Origin: the human T2T-CHM13v2.0 reference genome, Homo sapiens
Assembly: GCF_009914755.1 (NCBI RefSeq)
Contig: NC_060931.1
DNA length: 64,000 nt
Direction: 5' to 3' (one strand)
Shown: positions 30,620-43,170 of the stretch, piece after piece
Numbering within the stretch: position 1 is the stretch's first letter
Layout of the letters: the number at the start of each line of letters is the position of its first letter
Translations under genes and position numbers: made by a program
The notes under the pieces: generated by a model
Told to the model about the DNA's origin: nothing
The model's database searches: none
The model's input: only the letters and a program-made list of their open reading frames with translations

Positions 30620-31330
30620 TTATACATATAGATAGCCCTCCCACTGGCAAAATTGGTGACAATTTGAGTATCAGAGTACTTACTGATAGCAACATACTAT
30701 TACTCATTGAATAAATTAGTAGTCCACAAGTTCATACTGCTATAGTGTGAACAAACAAACACATCAAAAAAGTTTGAAAAGGAAATGTGTTTCTACATAG
30801 TCTCAAAGGAACTTCGCACAATGTACTCACTATTGCAAAGAGAAAATGTGTAACATGAGTGGAGAAAGTCCTTTAATTAAAAAATCACCAGTAATGGGGT
30901 AAAACATGTGTGCCACCTTAGAAGATGCAAATATTCATCAACACTACAATGGCTAAATAACTACAGTGGAAATCTTTATAACAATGAAAATAAATATAAT
31001 GCAAGAATTTCAAAAACTATGTGAAAAAGAAAACAAGTCACAGAAGAATACACACTGATTGCTCAGTTGGATTTCACTTAAAAAAACTTCAAAAAAGCCT
31101 AATTAAGTGTTTGGGTTGGGTTTCATATGTTTAAAATTGTTAAGAATAGCAAGAGGATAATAATGCAGATTTTTAGCATAGTGATAGCCCTTGGGGAAGG
31201 GAAGAAGATGGAGCAAATATGAGAATACAGAGGGGTTCAAATATAGTAGTAATATTTTAGTATTTGAGCTGGCTTGTGGTTTCCATGATGATGGTTATAC
31301 AAGTATTTAAATCCATTTATATGTTTGAAA
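30620..31330 (+). mobile_element. L1MC/L1ME 3'-UTR fragments
   Basis: gtccacaagttcatactg, aaaatcaccagtaatgggg, aagtcacagaagaatacacac. Confidence 0.5.
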
Positions 31331-31344
31331 TATACCAGAATATG

Positions 31345-31940
31345 TTTTTGAAAGATTACTCTAGCTGCTGAATGGATTGTTTGCAATGTGAGTGCAAGCA
31401 GGAAGACCAGCTGGAAAATTACTGCCGTAATCCTGCCAAGAGATGATGTTGGCTTGAGCTAAAGTGTTGGCAATGGGGACAGAGAAGAGCACATGGTTAA
31501 TGTGTGTATTTTGGAAGGTAGAATCAATTGACTTTCCAGTTGGAATGGTGAAATACTGATTAAAGGGGAGATTACAAGATGACTCTAAGTTTTTTTAGCT
31601 TTGGTAACTAGAGTGTATAATACTGTTGGATTTAATTCAGATTGACATGCAAGAGAGAAGAACTGGCAGAAGTGAAGTTCTCAAATGATAGAAGGGTCCA
31701 AATTCAGAATACAAGTTGAAGAATTAGCCTTTGACAGAAATGGGCAAAATTTCCATGATGTAACAGAAGGGAAGAAAGGAATGGGTATGGTTATAGAGCA
31801 AACAGCAATGTCAATGGAGAGAAAAGAGAGTTCCCATTTAAAAGCATGTAGTCAATGAAGTATGAGATGAGCTAATCACCTGAAAAAAAGGGAGGAATGT
31901 GAGGTTTGAAGAAAGAGGAGAAGACAGTGACAAATGATTA
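31345..31940 (-). mobile_element. L2 fragment
   Basis: gaaagattactctagctgctg...gaagaccagctggaaaattactgccgtaatcc...agagatgatgttggcttg. Confidence 0.75.
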
Positions 31941-33219
31941 TTGGATTAAACTGAATCTTTATGATCAATATTAATGGCAAAATGAAACTTTCTCCAGTAA
32001 GAAAACTTCAAGGACAGTGGTTCTCAGTTATGATTGGGGGTGGGAGGGGCCCTAGAGGACAGTGAGACTCTCAGTGAAGACAAAATTACTTACTGTCAAC
32101 CTTACTTTCTTAGTAAACTAAGATGCCATGTGTTTTTTTCGTTGTCTTGTTTTCTCATGAATTAGTTGAGAAGTGTTCCAGAATCATAGTGAGGCATGAT
32201 TATGTAATTTCTCTGATGACTGAGGGGATGTATAATTATGTATTCTAGTGATTTAATTTCTAATATGATAAATACTGTTAGGAGTAATGCATTTTAATAA
32301 AACCTCTTCGGAGTCCTCAATAATTTCAAAAGTAGAAAGGAGTAGGAAGACTAAAAATTTGATCACTATTATTTTAGGCAAATAATCATGTTCTCAACAC
32401 TTGCAAGAGTTAATTTCTTTTTTTCCTTATGACAATGATTCACTGTCCAAACATGTACTGTCCAAAGCCTGATTTGAAACATATAATGCATAGTTACCAC
32501 ATTTACTTATGTAGGATTGCTGTAATAAGCCTGCTCCAAGATTGGTTTTGCATGCTCCAGCATTCACTTTTTTGCAAGAGGTCTAAATGGCTCTTTCAGG
32601 AATCATTTTTATTGAAATTATTCTCTGCTTATACATTTTAGTGTCTTTGACTGCAAGTACTCAAGCATCACCTTGTCTATGATTCTTTATCTGACCAAAA
32701 TATTTTAAATGGCTAAACCATTGTCACGACCCACACCTGCAATACTATATAATATATATATTATACAAATGGATAAATCAATATAAAGTATATTTAGATA
32801 TAAATTGACAATTAATGTTGAGAGAAAAGTATGTCAGGGAAAGGGACTAGGAATACAGGCAGTTATGGGTGGGTGACAATGGTTTCATTATTTTAAATAA
32901 TTTTATTATATATATACAATTTTTTGTTTTTATTTTATTAAATATAATAGAGATGTACATATATATATATATACACATTTGTGTCTTACCTATATGCATG
33001 TTTACTTTATATAATTAAATGGAAGCTCCAAGAAGAGCTGTGAAATTTTTCTGTTTTGGTTTTTTCTTTTAGCAATGACATGCACCGCCGTATTTATTTA
33101 ATGAATAAGGAAGAAAGAAGTTCTATTTATTAAATTCCTTATTTTTAATTGTTTAAACTAATAAATAATTGTAACAATGTCTCAGAACACAAGCTGAATA
33201 TGCATGAGTCAATTTTATT

Positions 33220-33936
33220 CCTTTTTTTAAACTTTTATTTTAGTTGCAGTTTGTTATATAGGTAAGCTGTGTGTCTCAGGGGTTTGAAGTACATACTATT
33301 TTGTCACCCAGGGAGTAAGCATAGTACCCAATAGGTACTTTTGATCCCCACCCTCCTTCTCCCCTTCACTCTCAAATAGGCTCTGGTGTCTATTGTGTCC
33401 TCCTTTGTGTTCATGTGTACTCAATGTTTAGCTCCCATTTATAAGTGAGAACTTGGGGTATTTGGTTTCCTGTTCCTATGTTCATTTGCTTAGGATAATG
33501 GGATCCTGCCCCATTCATGTTGCTGCAAAGGACATGATCTCATTCTATTTTTATGGCTGCTTAGCATTCCATGGCATATATGTACTGCATTTACTTTAAC
33601 CAGTCCACCATTGACGGGCATTTAGGTTGATTCCATGTCTTTGCTATTGTGAATAGTGCTATGACGAACATAAGACTGGATGTGTCTTTATGATACAAAG
33701 ATTTATAGTCCTTTTGATATATACCCAGTAATGGGATTGCGTGTCAATTGATTAAGTTCTTTGAAAAATCACCAAACCACTTTCCACAATGGCTGAACGA
33801 CATTACATTCCTACCAGCAGTTTATAAGTGTTTCTTTTTTTTCCACAACCTCACCTGCATCTGCTGTCTTTGACTTTTTATAATAGCCATTCTGACTGGT
33901 GTGAGATGGCATCTCATTGTGGTTTTGATTTGCATT
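33220..33936 (-). mobile_element. L1PA15/16-like 3' end
   Basis: gcatagtacccaataggta, tgtttagctcccatttataagtgagaac, atagccattctgactggtgtgagatgg. Confidence 0.85.
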
Positions 33937-33958
33937 AATAGATATATACACAATTAAA

Positions 33959-34399
33959 CAGTAAACCCTTGAAGAACACAGGTTGGAACTGCATGGACCC
34001 ACTTACGCATGAAATTTTTTTCACCTCTTCTACCACTGAGACAACAAAACCAATCACTTCTCTTCTTTGTCCTCCTCGGCCTACTTAACGTGAAGAAGAC
34101 AAAGATAAAGACCTTTATGATGATTCACTTCCACTTAATGAATAGTAAATTGTTTTCTCTTTCTTATAATTTTCTTAATAACATTTTCTTTTCTCTAGCT
34201 TACTTTATGGTAAGAATACAGCATATAATACATAATATACAAAATATATGTTTATTGACTATGCAGTCAGTAAGGCTTCTGGTCAATAGTAGGCAAATAG
34301 TAATTAAGGTTTTCAGAGTCAAAAGTTATATGCAGATTTTTGACTGTGCAGGGGTCATCACCCCTAACTCCCATGTTGATGTTGTTCAAGGGTGAACTT
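33959..34399 (+). mobile_element. Tigger2a (MER28) MITE
   Basis: TIRs cagtaaacccttgaa / ttcaagggtgaactt; gacctttatgatgattcacttccacttaatgaatag; about 440 bp. Confidence 0.88.
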
Positions 34400-34464
34400 T
34401 ACATATACAAATAGAGGATCTATCTATCTTTTTATATCTATCTGTCCATCTCATATAATATACC

Positions 34465-34516
<52 letters not shown>
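34465..34516. repeat. (AGAT)13 tetranucleotide STR
   Basis: 13 perfect units counted. Confidence 0.95.
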
Positions 34517-34519
<3 letters not shown>

Positions 34520-36277
34520 ATCTCTCTTTAGAGGTTAGCACAATCCTGGGTGCATAAACATATAATATTAAATTAAGGACATATATAATATTAAACCAGG
34601 ACAAAGGCAACAGTGCCAGCTATATTTCAATGCCCCTAGAAAGCTGTAAGACAGAGATGCAACTTAAAAGTAAACGTGATGCATATTTTTACAATTTTAA
34701 GTTTTTAAAAATTGTAAATATGTAACAAAAATTTCCATTTAAATAATGTTAAAATGTACAATTTAAATGGCATTAATTATATCTGCAATGTTCTGCACCT
34801 GTCATTACTATCTATTGTTAAAACTTTTTAATCACCTCAAGTAGAAAGCTCCATAACCACCTAGGTAATAACACCCCATTTTCTCCTCCTCCAGCTCTAG
34901 CTAACTTCTAATATACTATCTCTATAAATTTGTCTCCTCTAGATATCTCATATAAGTGGAACTATGTGATATTTTTCCTTTCATGTCTGGCTTGTTTCAC
35001 CTAGAGAGTGTTTTCAAGGTTCGTCTATTTTGGCATGTATCAGAATATTTTAGTTTATCTGTTTTTTGTTTTATTTTTTGTTGTTCTTTTCTTTTACTCT
35101 AGGAAACCATTGCCAAATCCAAGATCATGAATATTTGTCTGTATGCTTTCTTCTTCAAGTTTTATGGCTTTAGCTCTTAAATTGTGGCTTTTGATCCATT
35201 TTTGAGCTAATTTTTGTGTATAGTACAAGATAGGTGTCCAACTTCACAATTCTGCATGCAAAAATCTAGTAGTCCCAGAACCTTTTGTTGAAGAGGCTAT
35301 TCTTTACCCATTGAATAGCCTTGGCACCTTTTTCCAAAATTAATTGGCCATGTATATATGGTTTATTTCTTCACTTTCAATGTAATTCTATTCCATTGGT
35401 CTATATGTCTATCCTTATGCAACTACCACACTGTTTTTATTATTGTAGCTTTGTATTAAGTTTATAAATGAAGAGATGTGAGTCCTCCAACTTTCTTAAT
35501 TTTCCAGATTGTTTCAGCTATTCAGACATCATGCTACTCCATCTGCATATGAGGATCAAAGTTTGTATTACTGCAATAAAGGCCACTGGAATTTTCATAG
35601 AGACAGTGTTGAATCTATGTATCAATTTGATATGATTGACATCTTGACAATGTCAAGTCTTTCAATTCATAAACACAGAATGTCTTTTCATTTATTTAGG
35701 TCTTCATTAACTTTTTTCAGCAATGCTTTGTAGTTTTTAGTGTATAAGCATTTCATCCATTTCATTAACTTTATTCCTGTTTTATTCTTTTAGATGTTAT
35801 TATTAATAAAATTTCTTTGTTAATTTTTTCAGGTTGTGTATTGCTGGTGTATAGAAATGTAACTGATTTTTGTTTGTATTGAGATTGTTTTGGAATCTAA
35901 CATATAAGCTATCCTGGAGAATGATCCTTGTGGACTTAAGCAAAATATGCGTTCTGCTGTTGTTGAGTGAAGTGCTTTATATATTTGCTAGATATATTTG
36001 GTTTACAGATGTAAGTCCTCTATTTCATTATTAATCTCTTGTCTAGATGTTTTATCCATTATTGAAAGTGATGTATTGAAGTCTTCGACTAAAATTGTAG
36101 AATAGTCTATTTCTTACTCATATTGTGTTAATATTTGTGCCATATATTTGGAGCCCTTTTGGTGTATTGTGTTCAAAATTGTAATATCTTATTCATTAAT
36201 TTATAATGTTATTACTATGAAATGTTTTTTCTTGTTTCTTGAAACAGTTTTTGACTTAGTCTCTTTACATGATGCTG

Positions 36278-36338
36278 TTTGGTTGGTACAAAAGTAATTG
36301 TGGTTTTTATCCTTTAAAAATAATAGCAAACCACACCA
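36278..36338. mobile_element. MADE1 (Hsmar1 MITE), right TIR truncated
   Basis: ggttggtacaaaagtaattgtggttttt matches the Hsmar1 TIR. Confidence 0.85.
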
Positions 36339-38069
36339 GTATATAGTTGAGTCATGTTTTATTTATTCATTTGGCCAATCTCTGACTTTTTATTGGAGAC
36401 TTTATTCTATTTACATGTAAAGTAAATACTTATAAAGAAGGGCTTAATTCTGCCATTTTGTTACAGTTTTTACATATGTCTTATTACTTGTTGTATTTCA
36501 TTTCCTCCATCACTTCCTTCTTTTGCATATAGTTGATTTCAGGGAACTATATTGATTCCCTTCTAATTTCTTTTTGCATAGTTTAAAAATATTTTTTATT
36601 ATCATGTGGATGACATTTAACATATTAAGTTTATATTGGTCTCATTTGAATTCATTTCATTCAATTCATTACCATGGAGATAACATTTAACATTTTAACC
36701 TTATATTAGTCTTATTTGAATTCATTAACATGTAAAAACTCTACTCCTACACAGCTTTTTAACACCCTTATATTATTGTTGCCACAAATATATCTTTATA
36801 CATAGTGCACCTCATAACATATATTTACAATTGCTTTATGTGTTCATCCTTTAAATCATATGGAAAATAAAAAGTAAAACCAAAAATACAATAACGATGT
36901 ATAATGGATAATTTTATATTTACCCATATATTTGCCTTTAGTAAAGACCTATGTTTCTTCCTATGGCTTTGGGTTATTATCAGTGTCCTTTCATTTCAAC
37001 CTTTAGGACTCTGTTTTTCACTTCTTCCAGGGGAGGTATAGTGGTAACATACTACCTCAAACTGTGTTTATTAGAAAATGTCTTAATTTATCTTTCATTT
37101 TTAAGGAACAATTTTTCTGGGGGTAAAATAGTTGACAGGCTTGTAGTAATGTTGTTTTCCTTTCAGCACTTTAATTATGTTAAACCACCACTTTCTGCCT
37201 TTATGGTTTCTGATGAGAAGTTGATTGCTAAACTTATTGAGAATCGCTTCGTAAGGGATGAGTCATTTCTTTCTTGATAATTTCAAGATTATCTCTTTGT
37301 CTGTAGACACTGATTGTAATGTGTCTCAATGTGGATCTCTTTGAATTTATCCTACTTGGATTTCATTGAGCTTTTTGGATATATAGATTAATATCTTTCA
37401 TCAAATATGGAAAGTGTTTGGCCATTATTTCTTGATATATTTATATCCCCTTTTCTCCTTTTTGGAATCCTAAAATACATAGGATAATTTGTTTGATAGT
37501 TTCCTGCAGGTCCTTTCTTCTTTGTTTGCTTGTCTTCTTTCTTCTTTTTTCCTTTCTGCTCCTCAAACTTACTAATTTTAATTGTCCTTTTTTTTTAAGT
37601 TTGCTGCTTCCTCCTTCTGTCCTCTCATATCCATTGCCGAACCCATGTAGTGATTTTTAAAATTTTATTTATTCCACTTTTCAGCTCCAGGATGTCTGTA
37701 TGGCTCCTTTTGAAATTGCTTTCCAGCTTTATTTAGGTATAATTGACAAATAAAAATTGTGTATGGTTAAGGTATATTATATGACGATTTGATATATAAA
37801 TACCTTGTGAAATGATTGCCACAATCAAGTTAATTAATACATACATCACCTCACATAATTACCTATTTTTTGGTGGGAAGAAAAATTAAGATGATACTCT
37901 TCCTTCATCTTAAAGGGGCTACAGAAGGGCAACAGTCCATCTTCTGTAACTGCTTCCTGCTGAGTTTATGGGCATAGGTCGTTCCTAGCACAAGAGGAGT
38001 AAAATTCTCTGGATACCTGATCTAAGAGGCCCAGAAGCAGGACCTTTGATTCTCTGGATCAGTAGATAG

Positions 38070-39000
38070 GATGGATTAGAAGTCTTGTGCCAATATTATG
38101 TTTACGTGGAACTGCTGTAATTTAGAAGACACAAACTTTACTAAGAGGTTAAACTAGTAAGGGCCAAAGATTAGTGATAACAAGACAGCAGTAAAAACCA
38201 GATGATATTTGGGAAGACACTTTTGATAGTCAACCAGGTGGGGGTCAGTGCCCTGATTATTCTTATGTAACAAAGTAGCTCTTTGTTGTTAATATATGTG
38301 CAGCAGGTTTTATTAATCACTGCACAGACTCCAACTTGTTCAGCTAGTAAATAATCCAATTCTAGCTGTTATATAGAACTACATTTGCCAAAGAGCCTGG
38401 GGACACTTGAATTCCCTTTAATACCTGACTTGTATTCATGGCTAAGAATTTTAGGGTTTCACTTAAGTTTTCTTAGGGTTAACTCATGATAGGCAAAGCT
38501 ACTCCAGAGTACTGCTTATTCTATCGCTGCCTTGATTTTTGCCAGATTAATCCTGTAGCTCATTTACTACAGGTATTATGGGTCTTATGGGTTAAAGACT
38601 GTGACTCTTAGAGAAGCAAGGATAGCCAAAATACATTCAGCTTCATTCCAAGTTTTTGATATACAATAGAAAGCTACTCCTAAAAGAACAGGTGGCTCCT
38701 GGGGTTGCCAGGATTGGTTATGAGGGAGGACTTTTTTCCCCTTCATGGCCACAAACAGAAACCAGACCAGTTGAGGTGCAAATAGAAGACCTACAGGGTG
38801 TGATTTCTATCAATTGCTGCCAAGCTGGGTCTATAGAAATAATCTTTCTTTGTTCCACTGGGGGTGGCAAAACAATCTTCATTTTCCAGAAGGGGATTGG
38901 AACCTTCCCAAATCAGGAAGTTGCTGTTGTTGTTTCCTGTATGTTCTGATCTGGGAGAAGGCACCACATGTGGTCTCCTCACTTACAAGTGGAATCCCAT
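38070..39000 (-). pseudogene. Disrupted gamma-type retroviral env (SU end plus TM), ERV-V/MER66-like
   Basis: Manual translation across frameshifts: SK*ATGLI-LAKIKAAIE*AVLWSSFAYHELTLRKL...SLANVVLYN-LELDYLLAEQVGVCAVINKTCCTYINN...LIFGPY*FNLLVKFVSSKLQQFH (fusion peptide, ISD, CX6CC, TM). Confidence 0.88.
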
Positions 39001-39618
39001 TTACCTTGCTGCAGCCTTGGGAACTTGACAACTAGAGTTGGATCAGAGCATTGTAGGAAAACATCTGCTTCTGTATCACTAGCACAACAATGGGTACAAA
39101 AGATAGAATCATTAGTTCACTGGAGATATAGATACTCAACTTCCATCAGCCAGTGAGGACCCCCATACAAATGCCAGAAATGTGAGTCTGGGGACTAGCC
39201 AAATACCAAACACCCTGGAGAATCAGGAAGTGACCAAACCCCAAGGTACTAGTTAGGGCCACAGAAAAAGATGACTCTGGCATCCCAAAGTTAACACAAT
39301 GGGATATCTCTCACAACCAATTGTCCTGCCTTTTATAATTGCCCAGGGAGTTAAAGAAAAAAAAAAAAGACTTCAAACGAACCATTCATTTTAGGACTGA
39401 AAATAAAATGACTGCTGGAGTCAGAAGAGTAAGGACCAGGGGAAAGGATGACAGGGACATGTTTCAGGGCACTTATCCCATCATCCCATCATCTTGCTAC
39501 CTCTCACAATCTCGCCATCCCACCGCTTCTCTCTCTCTCCAATTGCTGTCTTGCCATATTGCCTCTCCACTGATTGTTGTTGTCTTCACTGTCTTGCTGC
39601 CTCTCACTTGTTGTATTC

Positions 39619-39636
39619 ATCCCTTTGTGGTTGGCA
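39619..39636 (-). other. Degenerate primer-binding site (tRNA-Arg-like)
   Basis: TGCCAACCACAAAGGGAT 2 nt after the LTR; 14/18 to recalled TGGCGACCACGAAGGGAC. Confidence 0.55.
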
Positions 39637-39638
39637 GA

Positions 39639-40104
39639 CGATGCCAGACAGGTGAGCCCCAAAACTGGGGCTTAGCCTGGAGGTGGTTCTTGGCTTTTCC
39701 CAGGAAACAGTTCAAGGGTGAGCCAGTGGTGTTAGCACCTTCGATTGAAGCAGTATTGTACAGCAGCATCAGAGGTACTGTTTCTCGCAGAGCAGGGCTA
39801 CCCCATAACCAATGTGCCCAGAGTAGCAGTTCAGTGGTAGTTCTGAAGTCATATTTAAACCATATTTAATTATGTGCAAATTAAGGGGCAGATTATGCAG
39901 CAATTTCTAGGAAAAGCATGGTAACTTCCAGGTCATTGGTTCCTTGCCATAGAAAGGGGCAGTAAATTCTGCATGTTGCCATGGCAATGATAAACTAACA
40001 TGGCACTGGAGGCCATGTCTTATGGAGCGGTGCTTTTCTCTCGTCTTCATTAAAGTCCAGAGTCTAAGCCCTGCCTCCAGAGTCAAAACCCACCTCCTAC
40101 CTTG
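39639..40104 (-). mobile_element. MER66-like 5' LTR
   Basis: Reverse strand starts aggtaggaggtgggttttgactctggaggcagggc; shares its 3' part (aagccaagaacc...ggctaagcccc) with the LTR at 26998. Confidence 0.75.
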
Positions 40105-42939
40105 GAATCATCCTTGGTTTCCAGGTAAAGATCGGATTTGGTCATGGTGTATTATTTTTTTAATGTGCTGTTAAATTAGGTTTGCCTATGTTTTCTAGAG
40201 GATTTTTGCATTTATGTTCTCATCAAGGATACTGGCCTATAATCTCCTTTCGGGTATTTTTTTCATCCAACTTTATTATGAGAGTAATGCTTATCTAGTA
40301 AAATTAGGTTGGAAGTGTTCTCCCTTCTTCAAATTTTTGTAAGAGTTTGAGAAAGATTGTCATTAATTTTTCTTTTAATATTTGTTAAAAATTACCCAGA
40401 AAACCAACTGGTTCTGAGCTTTTATTTGTTGGGAATTTTTTGATTACTGCTTCAAACTCCTTATTTGTTATTAGTGTGTTCAGATTTTCCATTTCTTCAT
40501 AATTCAGTCTTCATAGGTTGTATGCATCTAGAAATTTATCCATTTTGCTAGATTACATAATTCATAGGTGTATAATTGTTTATAGTAATCTCTTATACTA
40601 CTTTGTCTCTCTGTAGAATCTATTGCAATACCTCCTCTTTCATTTATAATTTTGTTCACTCGAGTCTTCTGTGTCTTATTGCTTAATTAGATTTGGCAAT
40701 TGTGTCTATCTTTTAAAAAAGTCAACTCAGTTTTGTTCATTTTTTTCTATTGTCTTTCTAGCCTGTTTTAATTTCTATTATATTCTTTCTTCTACTACCT
40801 TTGGGCATTTTTTTTTCTTTTTCTAGTTTCTAGTATGTTAAATTGTTTATTTGCAATCTTTCTATTCTTTAATGTAGGCATTTATTACTATATAATGTCC
40901 TGTTACAACAGCTTTTGCTTCATCTAATCAGTCTTGCTATGTTGTGTTTTTATTTCAGTTTCCATTTTAGACTGGAGTTGGGTCACGGAGTATTTCAGGG
41001 CCCACTGTCAGGATCAAGACTGGAGAGCCAGTTCTCTAAGTCATGGGTGGATATGACTCCTCTTGGGTTCCTCGATAGGTGGTGCTTGTGGCAGGCTCAA
41101 GGCCAAATGGGGCTGTAGCTTAGTCCACATAGGGATGGAACTATTTCTGGATCTGTAGCCAGGACCATGGTTGGTGACCTCTCTTCCTAGGTGCAGACCT
41201 GACTTATCAAAATGGCCTTCTTTGGTCTTGGCTCCACCATGATTTTGCAGCCTCCTATTTGGATCCCAAAGCTCCCATACATTGCTTTTGATTATGGACA
41301 GCTGCAAAAATTTTGGTGCTGTAGAGGAATATAATTGGAGTCTTAGCCTGCCAACTTACTGAAGTGTTTGGTCCTTTTTGTAATTTTTATCTATTCATTG
41401 AAGTTTATATTTTGTTTATAAATAACTTTTCATATTTCTTTTAGTTTTTTGACCAGGTTTCAATTCCATGCTTTGGGCATATTTAAGACAGTTGTTTTAA
41501 AGTCTTTGACATGTCCAGTGCTAAAGACTTTAAGGTAAGGCCATCCTTGGCCTCATCAAGGATGGCTTCTGACCATTTATTTAGTTTCTGTTTTAAATGT
41601 GTATAAATTTAAAGGATAAAAGTACAGTTTTCTTACATGGATATATTGCACAGTGGTGAAGTCTGGATGGACTGTTTATTTTCCTTTTATAGGCCATGCT
41701 TTCCTCTTTCTTTCTGTCCTTGGTATTTTTATTGTTGAAATCTGGACACTTGAATGTTAAATATAGTATGGTAACTCTGGAAATTAAATTCTCTATCTCC
41801 CACAGTTTTTTTTCTTTTTTGTAATTGGTGAAGGTTGTAGTAGTCCATTTGTTTAATGACTTTTGCCAACTACATTTGCAGGGTCTATTTTTTTTGTTGT
41901 GTGTGGTAACTGAGTCTCTGTTTCTTGTGTTTTCTTTTTTTTGTCATTGTTGTTGTTATTTTACAGAGATGTTCTTGAATGCCAAGAGAGAGAAAGAGAG
42001 AGTGAGAAAATGTTAGAGAGAAGGAGAAAGAAGAAAAGAAATAAAATCTCTACTGGCCTTTGCAGATTGGCTGTATACTGAGGAATTGTTTCAAAATTTA
42101 TGCAGGCTGCATTGAACCTAGTGATTATCCTAATGTGAGACTTGCAGTCTTCTTAGGTCTTTTCTGAGCATGCATCTTGCCCTGGGCATGTGCTTGGCTT
42201 TCTAAATTCCCGCATATACACAGATGTTTTTGAATGCCCTACTTTCCAAAAGAATCTCTCTCCCCACATTTTCCTTTCAGGCTTTAGGAAGCATATTGTA
42301 TGTCTCAACCGTAATCTTTTGCTCTGGACAGCTTCAAGTTACCTGATTACTTACAATGTTTTTGAGCAATGCCCACTGCTTTTCCAGCCTTTGTAAGTTG
42401 TGCATTAGGCAAAACATACAATCACGTTGTGCAAGTTCTTTAGATTGACCCCAGGCAGGTTATAACAGATGTAAGCCAGAATTGCCAATAAGATATCCTC
42501 TGTTCCCTCTGAAACAGGGACTCACACTGCTCAGGGATTATGGGTTGATGTCTGCAAGACTGCTGCCACATTAGACATGGGGTGAGGCCTGGTAAGGGAA
42601 ACATACTATAAAGCTTTTTTTCCATTTTTTATGTTGTCTTTTTCTAGTTTTAGCAGTTACTTGTTGCTTAACCTTTGACTGTTTTCCAGAGTTCTGACAA
42701 AGTTAGTTTTTACTGTTTTTGCTTGTTTTTCGATGTTTCTATGTGATGTATCTACTCCATCATTTTGCTGACATAACTTTGCCAGGGATTTTTAAGTAAT
42801 TTATTTTCCTGTATCTTGCAAAGATACGAGAGGTTGCAGAAGCTAACTTAGGACCAAAGACAGGATGAATATACCAAAATAATATGTTTAAAGAGATTTT
42901 GAAAACTCCCTTATTAAAACTTTATTGAATACTGGTAAC

Positions 42940-43170
42940 AGCATGACTGATATAATAGCAAGAATCCCAGATTCAGAATGAACAGAACTGAGTTATGCCC
43001 CCGGGCTCCCTGCTTACTACTTGAGTGTTCTTCCTTACATATGTCGTTAAACCTTTCAAGCCTATTTTCCTGTTTCTAAAATGCTAATAATATTAATTAC
43101 TTAACACTCTTATAAAAAGATACTGAAAATTAAGAGGAAAAAAATTGAGATCATGGCTAACATATAAAGT
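42940..43170 (+). mobile_element. MIR
   Basis: ggctccctgcttactac...ttaaacctttcaagcctattttcctgtttctaaaatg resembles the MIR core. Confidence 0.65.

Larger units (their letters stand above)
37901..39638 (-). mobile_element. ERV1 internal region (MER66/ERV-V-like); gag and pol deleted, 3' LTR missing
   Basis: Follows the LTR and PBS; contains the env relic; ends at cagcaggaagcagttacagaagatgg, typical of the sequence just before the PPT. Confidence 0.75.
37718..41364 (-). mobile_element. L1MA8/9-like element (3' end 37718-37900, ORF2 40105-40960, 5' UTR 40965-41364) nested in the older L1
   Basis: tataattgacaaataaaaattgtg 3' end; degenerate 21-bp TSD (16/21 identical) at 37697-37717 and 41365-41385. 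Confidence 0.7.
34690..42778 (-). mobile_element. L1MB/L1M4-type element spanning 3' end to 5' end with internal deletions; hosts MADE1 and the L1MA/ERV insert
   Basis: L1MB 3' UTR at 34700-35040, ORF2 pieces, ORF1 at 37000-37715 resuming at 41365, 5' terminus ctactccatcattttgctgac. Confidence 0.75.

Noticed and set aside
34009-34395. 128-aa ORF
   Set aside because: Lies wholly within non-autonomous Tigger2a; no transposase motifs
39339-39869. 176-aa ORF, the longest in the window
   Set aside because: Antisense across the ERV leader and LTR, non-ATG start, no recognisable domain
26998-40104. Two MER66-like LTRs as the ends of one element
   Set aside because: Opposite strands, different 5' parts and different host elements
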